Of a stretch of 64,000 bases of DNA, positions 1 to 8,604 are shown in pieces (position 1 is the stretch's first letter; the number at the start of each line of letters is the position of its first letter). Position numbers and translations under genes: made by a program. Source of the stretch: Syntrophorhabdaceae bacterium (lineage in GTDB: Bacteria > Desulfobacterota > Syntrophorhabdia > Syntrophorhabdales > Syntrophorhabdaceae); assembly GCA_963666485.2 (NCBI GenBank), contig CAXXUO010000004.1:160001-224000 (forward strand), written 5' to 3'. The notes beneath the pieces are model-generated. The model had not been told where the DNA came from. It worked only from the letters and a program-made list of their open reading frames with translations, and did no database searches.

Positions 1-127
1 CGATCGGCATTTCCATCTTCATTGCTTCGAGGATTGCAACCTGATCGTCTTCCGCTACCTTGTCGCCAACTTTAACGTCAACTTTAATGATCTTTCCAAC
101 CATGGGGCATGTAATTTCTGTAGCCAT
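1..127 (-). CDS. Biotin carboxyl carrier protein (5' part; runs off window), probably the glutaconyl-CoA decarboxylase biotin subunit
   Basis: Manual translation MATEITCPMVGKIIKVDVKVGDKVAEDDQVAILEAMKMEMPI contains the EAMKM biotinylation motif; AAGGAGG SD upstream of ATG at 127; absent from the ORF track. Confidence 0.85.
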   Translation of the reverse strand, partial: MATEITCPMVGKIIKVDVKVGDKVAEDDQVAILEAMKMEMPI

Positions 128-159
128 ATTTCCTCCTTACGAGATTGACTGTTAAATTT

Positions 160-1314
160 TTATTTCCTGTACCCGAGTGCGAACTGGGCGATGATCATCT
201 TCTGTACGTTTGATGTTCCTTCCACGATCTGATAGGACTTCGCATCCCTGAGGTATCTCTCGACAGGATATTCTGAAGAGAAACCGTAGGAGCCGAAGAT
301 CTTCACTGCTTCACCGGCGCAGAAGTTTGCTGATTCGCCGGCATAGTATTTAGCCATCGAGGTCTCGAGGGTGTTGTTCATTCCCTGGTCTTTCTGCCAT
401 GCTGCCCTGAGGACGAGAAGCTTCGCGGCTTCGTGCTCAACTGACATGCGGCCGATCTGCTCCTGGACCATCTGGAACTGGCCGATCGCCTGACCGAACT
501 GCTCTCTTTCATTTGCATAGCGGCATGCTTCTTCGATACAGCTTTCTGCAACGCCGACTGCCCTGGCTGCTGAGCTCAAGCGGGTGAAGTTGAGCATCGT
601 CATACAAATGTTGAAGCCCTGGCCGAGCTTGCCGACGAGTGCGCTTTTCGGGATCTTCGCTTCTTCGAAGAAGATCTCGCCGGTGGGTGCGCAGTGGAGG
701 CCGAGTTTCGTGGTGATGGCTCTCTGGACAACGCCCGGGGTGTTGAAATCGATGAAGAAGGCCGACATGCCTTTGTGCTTCGCTGCCTTGTCGGTCATTG
801 CATAGACTACGCCGCAGCCGCAATACGGTACGCCGGAGATCCATGTCTTTGAACCGTTGAGGATATAACCGTCATCGACTTCGACTGCGGTGGTCTTCAT
901 GCTTGCAACGTCGGAACCGGAGTTCGGCTCGGTGATTGCAAAGCAGCCGCCGCTTGTGCCTGCGATCAGGCCGGGAAGGAACTGCTCTTTGAGTTCTTCG
1001 CTGGCATACTTAAGGAGAACATTCTGGGGACCGTTCATCTGAAGGTTGAAGGGAAGACCCCATGACGGGCTGACCCGTGCGAGCTCGGTTGCCATGAGAG
1101 TTGCTGCCATGTTGCCTTCTTCGAGTCCCAGGCCGCCGAATTTTTCCGGGGCCAAGCAAGCGAACATGCCCTGATCGCCCATTTTCTTGAGAAGTTCCGG
1201 ACGATATTTGTGCTCTTTCTCGTCTTCTTCCATCGTCGGTTTAATATTCTTTACTGCAAAGTCATAGGCCATCTTACGCATTGATTCGAGTTCGTCGGAA
1301 ATCTTAAATTCCAT
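160..1314 (-). CDS. Acyl-CoA dehydrogenase, likely non-decarboxylating glutaryl-CoA dehydrogenase
   Basis: ACAD motifs FAITEPNSGSD, NGSKTWIS, REQFG, C-terminal IVEGTSN (Val before the catalytic Glu); start MEFKIS at 1314 has an AAGGAG SD; adjacent to a biotin carrier. Confidence 0.8.
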   Translation of the reverse strand: MEFKISDELESMRKMAYDFAVKNIKPTMEEDEKEHKYRPELLKKMGDQGMFACLAPEKFGGLGLEEGNMAATLMATELARVSPSWGLPFNLQMNGPQNVLLKYASEELKEQFLPGLIAGTSGGCFAITEPNSGSDVASMKTTAVEVDDGYILNGSKTWISGVPYCGCGVVYAMTDKAAKHKGMSAFFIDFNTPGVVQRAITTKLGLHCAPTGEIFFEEAKIPKSALVGKLGQGFNICMTMLNFTRLSSAARAVGVAESCIEEACRYANEREQFGQAIGQFQMVQEQIGRMSVEHEAAKLLVLRAAWQKDQGMNNTLETSMAKYYAGESANFCAGEAVKIFGSYGFSSEYPVERYLRDAKSYQIVEGTSNVQKMIIAQFALGYRK

Positions 1315-1576
1315 ATTTTGCTCTCCTTTCTTTTCGGTATTTTTATGGCAATATTGTGAAACAATTAGCAAACCTATCTTAGCAAAAGCGCTTTTCGCCT
1401 GTCAAGCTAATTCTGATAAATATTTTAAGCGTTTACCAATGATTTAAGGTGGTTAACCGATTGCCGGTACACCCTTAGTTCCCGCCCCGAATTTTGTCTG
1501 GATAACGGGCAGGAATCATTGCATAAGTGCTTATTATTTTATATAATTAATCCGTCTGCATGGCAAGAAGAAAAGA

Positions 1577-2491
1577 ATGATCATCAATAGAACTGGACTC
1601 GTAGACCGGGAATTGTACGTCGCCGGCATGGCGTGGTCGCCAACATACCTTGTGAATGCTGTCACACCCTTGCTTTTCGAGGCAGGGTTCTACCCTATCG
1701 CTCCGGTCTATCTCAGAGACATCCGGAAGGTCATCGGCGAACGTCAGCCTTCCTATCTCTTTCTGACCCATGTCCATTACGATCATTGCGGGGCGGCAGC
1801 ATATTTCCGGCAACACTTTCCCGGCATGAAGATCTGCACCTCGAAAAGGGCGGCAGAGATACTGAAAAGGCCTAACGCGATAGAGCTCATGACGGAATTG
1901 AGCCGTAATTTCGCCCACATCGCCGAAGATCTCCCGGGGATAAACAGGGATGACATCCTCACCGCCGATTTCGAACCCTTCACCCCGGACATCGTCTTCG
2001 ACAGCGATCAGCTTTTCGAGGCCGGCCCCTCCCTTACCGTTCAGGTGCTCGTCACCCCGGGGCATACCCGGGACATGCTGAGCTTTTACGTCCCGGAGCG
2101 CAAGATACTCATTGCCACGGAATCCGCGGGATGCCGCAGTCACACGGGGGAGATCGTCACGGAATTCCTTGTAAATTTCGATGAATATGTCGAATCGTTG
2201 AAAAAACTGTCCCGTCTTGACTGCGACATCGTCTGCCAGGGACATCATTTTATATATACAGGGACCGACGTTCAGAGGTTTTTCGATGACTCCCTGAAGG
2301 CCGCCCTCGACTTCCGTTCCCATGTCAACGAGCTTCTGGATGCGGAGGGTGGTGACGTGGAAAAGGTGGTAACGAGGGTAAAACAAGAGGAATACGACCC
2401 GAATCCCGGGCCGAAACAGCCCGAAACTGCATACCTCCTCAACCTCAGGACCCGTGTCAGTCACCTTGCCGGGCTTTCCCGGAAAGGTTAA
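1577..2491 (+). CDS. MBL-fold metallo-hydrolase
   Basis: THVHYDHCG (HxHxDH), TPGHT and CQGH motifs. Confidence 0.85.
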   Translation: MIINRTGLVDRELYVAGMAWSPTYLVNAVTPLLFEAGFYPIAPVYLRDIRKVIGERQPSYLFLTHVHYDHCGAAAYFRQHFPGMKICTSKRAAEILKRPNAIELMTELSRNFAHIAEDLPGINRDDILTADFEPFTPDIVFDSDQLFEAGPSLTVQVLVTPGHTRDMLSFYVPERKILIATESAGCRSHTGEIVTEFLVNFDEYVESLKKLSRLDCDIVCQGHHFIYTGTDVQRFFDDSLKAALDFRSHVNELLDAEGGDVEKVVTRVKQEEYDPNPGPKQPETAYLLNLRTRVSHLAGLSRKG

Positions 2492-2667
2492 GCGTTACCT
2501 TCATCGTCTGCGTTCTGACAGCGGTCCCGCCTTGAGGCATGATACCCCGCAATAATATTGGCTTTAGGGACGAAAACTGTTGACACGTTATGCATAATAA
2601 TAGTTAGATATATGACCATGTGAATTTTTTAATTTTTCAAAAACCAAATCTAATTAGGAGGGGCTGT

Positions 2668-3528
2668 ATGGATATAAAAACGATCGGAGTTTTGGGCGCT
2701 GGCGTCATGGGTAACGGCATTGCTCAGGTAGCCTCAATGGCCGGGTACAATGTCATCTTAAGAGATATCGAAGACAGGTTCGTCGAAGGCGGAATAAAAA
2801 ATATCGATAAGTTCCTCGCAAAGACAGTCGAAAAAGGCAAAATGTCGGCTGACGACAAAAACGCCATCATGGGCAGGATCAAAGGCACCACCGATATGGG
2901 CGCCATGAAGGATGCGGACTTCGTCGTCGAGGTTGTTGTCGAAGTCATGGATATCAAGAAGAAAGTCTTCAAGGAACTCGATGAGATCACGAAACCCGAT
3001 GTCATCCTTTCCTCAAATACATCATCAATGTCACTGACCGAAATGGCGACCGCAACAAAGAAGCCGGACAAGGTCGTCGGCATGCACTTCTTCAACCCGG
3101 TCCCCCTCATGAGGCTCGTTGAGGTTATCCGTGCGGTCCAGACAAGCGATGCAACAGTGGCGGCAACCCTCGCCCTCACCGAGAAGTTCGGCAAAGTTCC
3201 CGTCGAAGTCAAAGTCGACATCCCCGGCTTCCTCGTCAACAGGCTGATGGTTCCCCACTTCATCGAAGCTATCAAACTTTACGAGCAGGGCATCGCATCC
3301 AAGGAAGATATCGACAAGGCAGCGAAACTCGGCCTCAACTACCCGATGGGCCCGTTCGAACTGATGGACCTCACCGGCCTCGACATCAACCTTCACGTAC
3401 AGCAGTATTTCTATGACAACCTGCCGAAAGAGCTCAAATGGGATCCCCCGCTGGCGCTCAAGAACCTCGTGAAATCAGGCAACCTCGGCCGCAAGAGCGG
3501 AAAAGGCTGGTACGATTTTTCTAAATAA
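2668..3528 (+). CDS. hbd: 3-hydroxybutyryl-CoA / 3-hydroxyacyl-CoA dehydrogenase
   Basis: GAGVMGNGIA Rossmann motif, SNTSS, GMHFFNP, PGFLVNR, GRKSGKGWY; AGGAGG SD before ATG 2668. Confidence 0.9.
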   Translation: MDIKTIGVLGAGVMGNGIAQVASMAGYNVILRDIEDRFVEGGIKNIDKFLAKTVEKGKMSADDKNAIMGRIKGTTDMGAMKDADFVVEVVVEVMDIKKKVFKELDEITKPDVILSSNTSSMSLTEMATATKKPDKVVGMHFFNPVPLMRLVEVIRAVQTSDATVAATLALTEKFGKVPVEVKVDIPGFLVNRLMVPHFIEAIKLYEQGIASKEDIDKAAKLGLNYPMGPFELMDLTGLDINLHVQQYFYDNLPKELKWDPPLALKNLVKSGNLGRKSGKGWYDFSK

Positions 3529-3551
3529 GACACGGGAAAGGAGGGCTCCTC

Positions 3552-4334
3552 ATGGCCTATGAAACTATCATAGTCGAAAAGGAAGCACCGATCGGGATCA
3601 TCAAGCTGAACAGGCCTCCCGTGAACCCGTTGAGTGTCCAGTCCTACTATGACCTCTACGACGCGATCGTAGATCTCGAAAAAGACGATTCAATCGGCGC
3701 AATCATCATCACGGGCAACGGCGACAAGGCCTTTGGCGCCGGCCTCGATGTCAAGGATGTCATGGGAAAATCCGGGGTCGAGACGCTCGATTTCCTCTGG
3801 AAAGCACCCAGGAAAACGTTTGATAAATTAACCTCTATCGCAAAGCCGACCATAGCGGCCGTTTTCGGCCTGGCACTCGGCGGCGGATGCGAAGTGGCGA
3901 TCTGCTGCGATCTTCGCATAGCATCCGAAGACGCAGTCTTTGGTGTGCCGGAGATCAACCTCGGCATTATGCCGGGTTCCGGTGCGACACAGCGCCTGCC
4001 GAGGCTCGTCGGCCTCCCCAAGGCAAAAGAGATGCTCTATTTCGGTGACACGGTCAATGCCGAAGAGGCATACCGGGTCGGCCTTGTCAACAAGGTCGTA
4101 CCGAAAGACAAATTGCAGGAAGAAGCAAAGAAATGGGCAAGCAAGCTTGCGGCGAAACCGAAGGCGGCGCTTGCACTGATCAAGAAATGTGTCGATACCG
4201 GTATGGACACAGATATTGCAGCGGGATTGACCCTCGAGATGGATTCTTTCGCTATCGCGTTCACGTCGGAAGACGGGCGCGAAGGCATTAATGCCTTTGT
4301 CGAAAAGAGAAAACCGGTTTTCAAGGGTAAGTAA
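3552..4334 (+). CDS. crt: Enoyl-CoA hydratase (crotonase)
   Basis: AFGAGLD, ALGGGCE, FGVPEINLGIMPGSGATQRLPR crotonase motifs. Confidence 0.88.
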   Translation: MAYETIIVEKEAPIGIIKLNRPPVNPLSVQSYYDLYDAIVDLEKDDSIGAIIITGNGDKAFGAGLDVKDVMGKSGVETLDFLWKAPRKTFDKLTSIAKPTIAAVFGLALGGGCEVAICCDLRIASEDAVFGVPEINLGIMPGSGATQRLPRLVGLPKAKEMLYFGDTVNAEEAYRVGLVNKVVPKDKLQEEAKKWASKLAAKPKAALALIKKCVDTGMDTDIAAGLTLEMDSFAIAFTSEDGREGINAFVEKRKPVFKGK

Positions 4335-4363
4335 GTAGGACCAACCGATATAAGGAGGAATTT

Positions 4364-5548
4364 ATGGCACGAAATGCAGTAATATTGGCCGGTGGCCAAT
4401 CCAAATGGGGTGTCAGAGAGGCCCACATTGTCGACCTCTTCCAGGAAGCAGCGAAAGCCTGCATGGACGACGTCCCCAATCTCAAACCGAAGGACGTTGA
4501 CGGTGTCGTCGTTGCCACGTCATACGCCGGAAGGTGCTCGTTCCAGGTTAATACCGCTCCCGTCATCGCCGAGAGATGCGGTCTGAAACCGACATCCATC
4601 TGTACACGCTGCGACACACTGTGCGCAGGCGGCTCGACTGCTATCATCCTCGCAAAGGGCCTCGTGGAATCAGGCTGTGCCGACATCGTCATGGTGCTCG
4701 GCGGTGAGAAACTCTACACACCGCAGAAATGGGAAGTCTTCTACAGCGAACTCGCGTCAGTCGACCACGACTGGGACGGCGTGCACGGCATGGGCCTTCC
4801 GCCTCCATTTTTCTCATTGACCGCACAGGAACACATGATGCACTACAACACAAAGAAAGAAGACCTTGCGGCCGTATCGGTAGCCAACTACAACTACGCT
4901 GCAACGAACCCGGTTGCCCAGATGCAGAGACCTCTGACACTTGAAGAGGCGATGAGCGCTCCGGTCGTCGTTCCCCCGCTGACACTGTACGATTGCTGCC
5001 CGATCACGGACGGCGCTGCGGCGGCTATCATCACGACCGATGAGATCGCAAAGAGATTCAGCGACAGGCCTCTCGTTTACATCAGGGGCACCGCACAGAC
5101 ATGCTTGAACAGCGTTTCAGCGAACTTCCCGGGCGCGCACCTCGCAGACTGGGCACACACCAGGATCGCGGCTGCGAAGGCATACGAAAGAGCAGGAGTC
5201 ACGGCAAACGACGTTAAGGTTGCCCAGACACATGACTGCTTCTCGATTTCCGAAGTCATCGAAGTTGAGGAACTCGGATTCTGTAAGAAAGGTGAAGGCG
5301 GAGAGTTCTGCAGCTCCAAACAGATAGAGCTCGGCGGCAAGGTTCCCGTGAACACAGACGGCGGGTTGCTGGCAGTTGGCCATCCCTTCGGCGCAACGGG
5401 TATCCGGCAGGGTACCGAGATCATGAAGCAGCTCCAGGGAAGAGCACGTCATCAGGTGAAAGGCGCCGACATTGGACTCACGCATAACCTCAGCGGAGCC
5501 AACGCGGAACATACGATCTTAGTGTATGGCCAGACCCCAGTAAAATAA
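4364..5548 (+). CDS. Thiolase (SCP2/archaeal-type acetyl-CoA acetyltransferase)
   Basis: Catalytic Cys in LCAGG, PITDGAAA, HDCF, GHPFGATG; followed by a DUF35 partner. Confidence 0.88.
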   Translation: MARNAVILAGGQSKWGVREAHIVDLFQEAAKACMDDVPNLKPKDVDGVVVATSYAGRCSFQVNTAPVIAERCGLKPTSICTRCDTLCAGGSTAIILAKGLVESGCADIVMVLGGEKLYTPQKWEVFYSELASVDHDWDGVHGMGLPPPFFSLTAQEHMMHYNTKKEDLAAVSVANYNYAATNPVAQMQRPLTLEEAMSAPVVVPPLTLYDCCPITDGAAAAIITTDEIAKRFSDRPLVYIRGTAQTCLNSVSANFPGAHLADWAHTRIAAAKAYERAGVTANDVKVAQTHDCFSISEVIEVEELGFCKKGEGGEFCSSKQIELGGKVPVNTDGGLLAVGHPFGATGIRQGTEIMKQLQGRARHQVKGADIGLTHNLSGANAEHTILVYGQTPVK

Positions 5549-5559
5549 GGAGGAGAAAT

Positions 5560-6057
5560 ATGGCTGTTTTGGGAATCCCTATACTTGAAGACCTTTACCC
5601 ATCAACGATGGATATGTGGCCTCTCGAGGCTAAAGAATTTAACAGGTCCTGGCAGTTTTATGAAAACCTGAAAGCTGGCAGACTGACGACAACAAAATGC
5701 AAAGCCTGCGGGAACGTTTCATACCCGCCCAGGGTTATCTGCCCGGAATGCTATTCCGAGGATCTCGAATACACCGATCTTCCGACAAAGGGAAAAGTTA
5801 TCGTTTTCTCCGAAGAGGTGAAAGGTGTGCCCCTGGGATTTGAGTCACCGCTCATCCACGCGGTTATCGATCTCGGACAGGACCCGGCACGCAGGGTTCT
5901 CACCAGGATCATGAACTGCGCCGCCGGACAGCTCCAGAGAGGCGACGAAGTGCAGCTCATCGTTTTTCCGGTCCCTGCCCTTCCTATCGATAAAGGCAAA
6001 CAGGGAACAATTATGTCCGATAGAGTGTTTTTTGCTTTCGAACCGGTAAAGAAGTAA
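5560..6057 (+). CDS. DUF35 Zn-ribbon/OB-fold thiolase partner
   Basis: CKACG...YPPRVICPEC Zn ribbon followed by an OB-fold; directly downstream of the thiolase. Confidence 0.88.
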   Translation: MAVLGIPILEDLYPSTMDMWPLEAKEFNRSWQFYENLKAGRLTTTKCKACGNVSYPPRVICPECYSEDLEYTDLPTKGKVIVFSEEVKGVPLGFESPLIHAVIDLGQDPARRVLTRIMNCAAGQLQRGDEVQLIVFPVPALPIDKGKQGTIMSDRVFFAFEPVKK

Positions 6058-6065
6058 AAAAGCAT

Positions 6066-6109
6066 GCCAAATAAAAAAGGCCGGAGCAATCCGGCCTTTT
6101 TTATTTGGC
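6066..6109. terminator. Intrinsic terminator with A-tract and T-tract (bidirectional shape) ending the hbd-crt-thl-DUF35 operon
   Basis: GCCAAATAAAAAAGGCCGGA-gcaa-TCCGGCCTTTTTTATTTGGC perfect inverted repeat. Confidence 0.85.
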
Positions 6110-6238
6110 GGCGTACGGCGTACGGCGTACGGCGTACGGAAAAAATATCCAGATTGTTACACTATACTGCCGCCCTTTCGCCTTCCGCCTTTTTGCTTTT
6201 CACCGTCAGCCGTACGCCGTCAGCCGTACGCCGTTTTT
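6109..6238. repeat. Inverted heptamer tandem-repeat element 1: (CGGCGTA)4 ... (CCGTCAG/CCGTACG)4
   Basis: Left arm 6109-6139, right arm 6203-6234, ending CCGTTTTT. Confidence 0.85.
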
Positions 6239-6379
6239 TAATCAACATTTTCAAGCCTTATCCCCCACCCCTTACCCATCACCTGTCACCTTCCCTTCCA
6301 TATCCCTGTAAAGATTATTTTTTATCACGCGCATATTTTGTTTCCTGTATCGGAGAATATAGTGTAAAATCATCTCGAT

Positions 6380-6997
6380 ATGCTTAGGAGACTTATCGCC
6401 TCGGCCCTTTTTATCGCGCTTCTTTTGCCCGCCATTCCCCTTTTTGCCAGAGACACGGTCGTGCGCAAGATCATCGATGGAAATACGGTCCAGCTCGAAA
6501 CGGGAGAGATAGTGAAGTACATCGGGGTGGCGGCGCCCGAGATGAACAAGAAGGAAGGGCCCGAGTTTTACGCAAGGCAAGCGGTGAACTACAATAAGAA
6601 ACTCGTTTTTATGAAGAAGGTCAGACTCGAGTTTGATGCGAAGAGGAAGGACGAGAAAGGCAACATGCTCGCTTATGTCTTCGTCAAAAAGACGCTGGTA
6701 AATGCGGAACTCATACGGAACGGCTGCGCACGGGCGGAAGTTCAGCCTCCTAACCTGAGGTATAAAGACGCCCTCCTCGATGCGCAGAAGAAGGCGATGT
6801 CCGAGGATAAAGGCATCTGGGCCGAGAAAAAGAGAGACACGGAAAAATACTATGTCGGCAACAAACGGGCCTCCATGTTTCACAGGCCGTCATGCAAATT
6901 GGTCGAGAAGATACCCGACAAGGGCAGGATCGTCTTCCATAGCAGGAGCGACGCAATAAAGATAGGTTACGTACCATGCAAGATATGCAAGCCATAG
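6380..6997 (+). CDS. Secreted thermonuclease (SNase) family protein with C-terminal Ada-type Zn-binding domain
   Basis: Signal peptide, IIDGNT, YIGVAAPE, LAYVFV, VNAELIRNG; C-terminal YVGNK..FHRPSC..GYVPCKICKP. Confidence 0.82.
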   Translation: MLRRLIASALFIALLLPAIPLFARDTVVRKIIDGNTVQLETGEIVKYIGVAAPEMNKKEGPEFYARQAVNYNKKLVFMKKVRLEFDAKRKDEKGNMLAYVFVKKTLVNAELIRNGCARAEVQPPNLRYKDALLDAQKKAMSEDKGIWAEKKRDTEKYYVGNKRASMFHRPSCKLVEKIPDKGRIVFHSRSDAIKIGYVPCKICKP

Positions 6998-8481
6998 CCG
7001 AAGAATATCTCCGCTACTGGGGCCTTGAGCACCACCCTTTCCTCCTGGCCCCCGACGGTCACATGATGTGCGTTACGGGCCAGTACTTCGAGTGTTACGA
7101 GCGCCTGAAATATGCGATCATGACAAACAAGGGCGGTGTCCTTATCGCATCCGAAGAGGCGGGGCTCGGCAAGACAACTATACTGCTCAAGCTGATCGAA
7201 GACATGACCGAGGAGCACGGCAAGAATTTCCGGTACGCCTATATCGATCATCCCACTGTTAGCGCCGACGAGATGATCGGGCAGATAACGGAAATGATAA
7301 GCGGTATACCCGCTTCGGAAAATAAGATCCAAAACCTGGCGACCCTCAAAAATGCCCTTATCGCCGGTAAAATGGAAGGAAGCCGGAACATTATCGTCGT
7401 CGACGAAGGGCAAATGCTCTGCGACGCCCGCCCTGTGCTGCAGGAATTGCGGGCACTCATAAATCTGACCCATCACGGCCAGTACCTTCACACGTTTATC
7501 CTGTCCGGACAAAAGGCGCTCTGGGACACCCTGCAGGAAATGCCCGAGTTCTGGCAGAGGCTGCCTGTCCGCTATTATCTCACACCGCTGCGCTTTGAAG
7601 AGACGCGCGAAGTGATCCGATATCGTCTCAACAAGGCCGGCCTCGACGTAGCTCGCGAGCTATTCACCGATGAGGCCATCGAGATCATCCATAAATATGC
7701 GCAGGGCCTGCCGCGGACTATTATAGCTGTTTCCGATCTCGCTCTCCTCACCGGTTATAACGACAAAACACGAAAGGTGGGCTTCAAAGAGGTCACAAAG
7801 GCGATCAATTCGATGAGCGGCAGGGGCGAGACCATGCCGTATGTTATATCGGACAAGAATGGCAATGGCGGGGAATCTGCTTCACGGGTGGCCGAAGCGT
7901 TTTCCACCCGGAATGGCTTATCACCTGTTGAAAACACATCCCGGCCCCCCGGCAGGGGTTTTTTCGATTCGGTGCAGGCTCTACGGCCAGTCATTATTGT
8001 ACTTCTTATAATCACTTTCATCTTCATAGGTGCATTGGGTTACCGCTTGTTCTCGTCCGCGATCACCCCTCCGCCGCCAAACACTGTTATAATCAAGGAA
8101 GTGGAAAAACCGGAAGCGCCCAAAAAACCCGCCCCCGCCACTCCCCCCGTACAAAATGCGGAAGAACCCGCCAAGACAGAGCCGGCGGGCCAACTGTCAT
8201 TTGAACCCGGTTCTCAGAAAGACATCATAGAGTCCTTCAGGGAAGAGACCAAAAAAAGGCGTGAAGCAAGCCGATACGCGGTTATCACAGTGGAGTCCGC
8301 AAACGTTCGCAGTGCCCCCGACATTGGATCCTCACGGATCCTGACGATAGTCCGGGGTGAGAGGCTTGCCATTATCGGGGAGAAGGAAGACAGTGACGGA
8401 ATGAAATGGTACAAGGTAAACCTGTACGGCAGCCGGACCGGGTGGATCGCATCGATAGTGGCGGAAGCGAAGAACAGATAA
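6976..8481 (+). CDS. ExeA/GspA-like AAA ATPase with TM segment and C-terminal SH3b domain
   Basis: YWGLEHHPF N-terminus, AGLGKT Walker A, IIVVDEGQ Walker B, GLPRTI; one TM helix, Pro-rich linker, ANVRSAP...WYKV...GWI SH3b. Confidence 0.82.
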   Translation: MQDMQAIAEEYLRYWGLEHHPFLLAPDGHMMCVTGQYFECYERLKYAIMTNKGGVLIASEEAGLGKTTILLKLIEDMTEEHGKNFRYAYIDHPTVSADEMIGQITEMISGIPASENKIQNLATLKNALIAGKMEGSRNIIVVDEGQMLCDARPVLQELRALINLTHHGQYLHTFILSGQKALWDTLQEMPEFWQRLPVRYYLTPLRFEETREVIRYRLNKAGLDVARELFTDEAIEIIHKYAQGLPRTIIAVSDLALLTGYNDKTRKVGFKEVTKAINSMSGRGETMPYVISDKNGNGGESASRVAEAFSTRNGLSPVENTSRPPGRGFFDSVQALRPVIIVLLIITFIFIGALGYRLFSSAITPPPPNTVIIKEVEKPEAPKKPAPATPPVQNAEEPAKTEPAGQLSFEPGSQKDIIESFREETKKRREASRYAVITVESANVRSAPDIGSSRILTIVRGERLAIIGEKEDSDGMKWYKVNLYGSRTGWIASIVAEAKNR

Positions 8482-8604
8482 ACGGTTCAAAGTTCAAGGT
8501 TCAAAGTTCAAGCAAAAAATCCCCCATCAAAAAATTATGTCTCTTTGAGGCTTACGTAAGTTTTTTTAACTTTGAACTTTGAACTTTGAACCTTGAACGG
8601 TCTT
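8482..8604. repeat. Inverted heptamer element 2: (GTTCAAR)4 ... (YTTGAAC)4
   Basis: Arms 8485-8512 and 8571-8598; fills the whole gap between two convergent stop codons; ends GGTCTT. Confidence 0.88.

Noticed and set aside
6064..6387. ORFs 6064-6387 and 6105-6311, the 10698 HDAC extension and ORFs at 49328-49678
   Set aside because: Translations of terminator, heptamer or REP repeats
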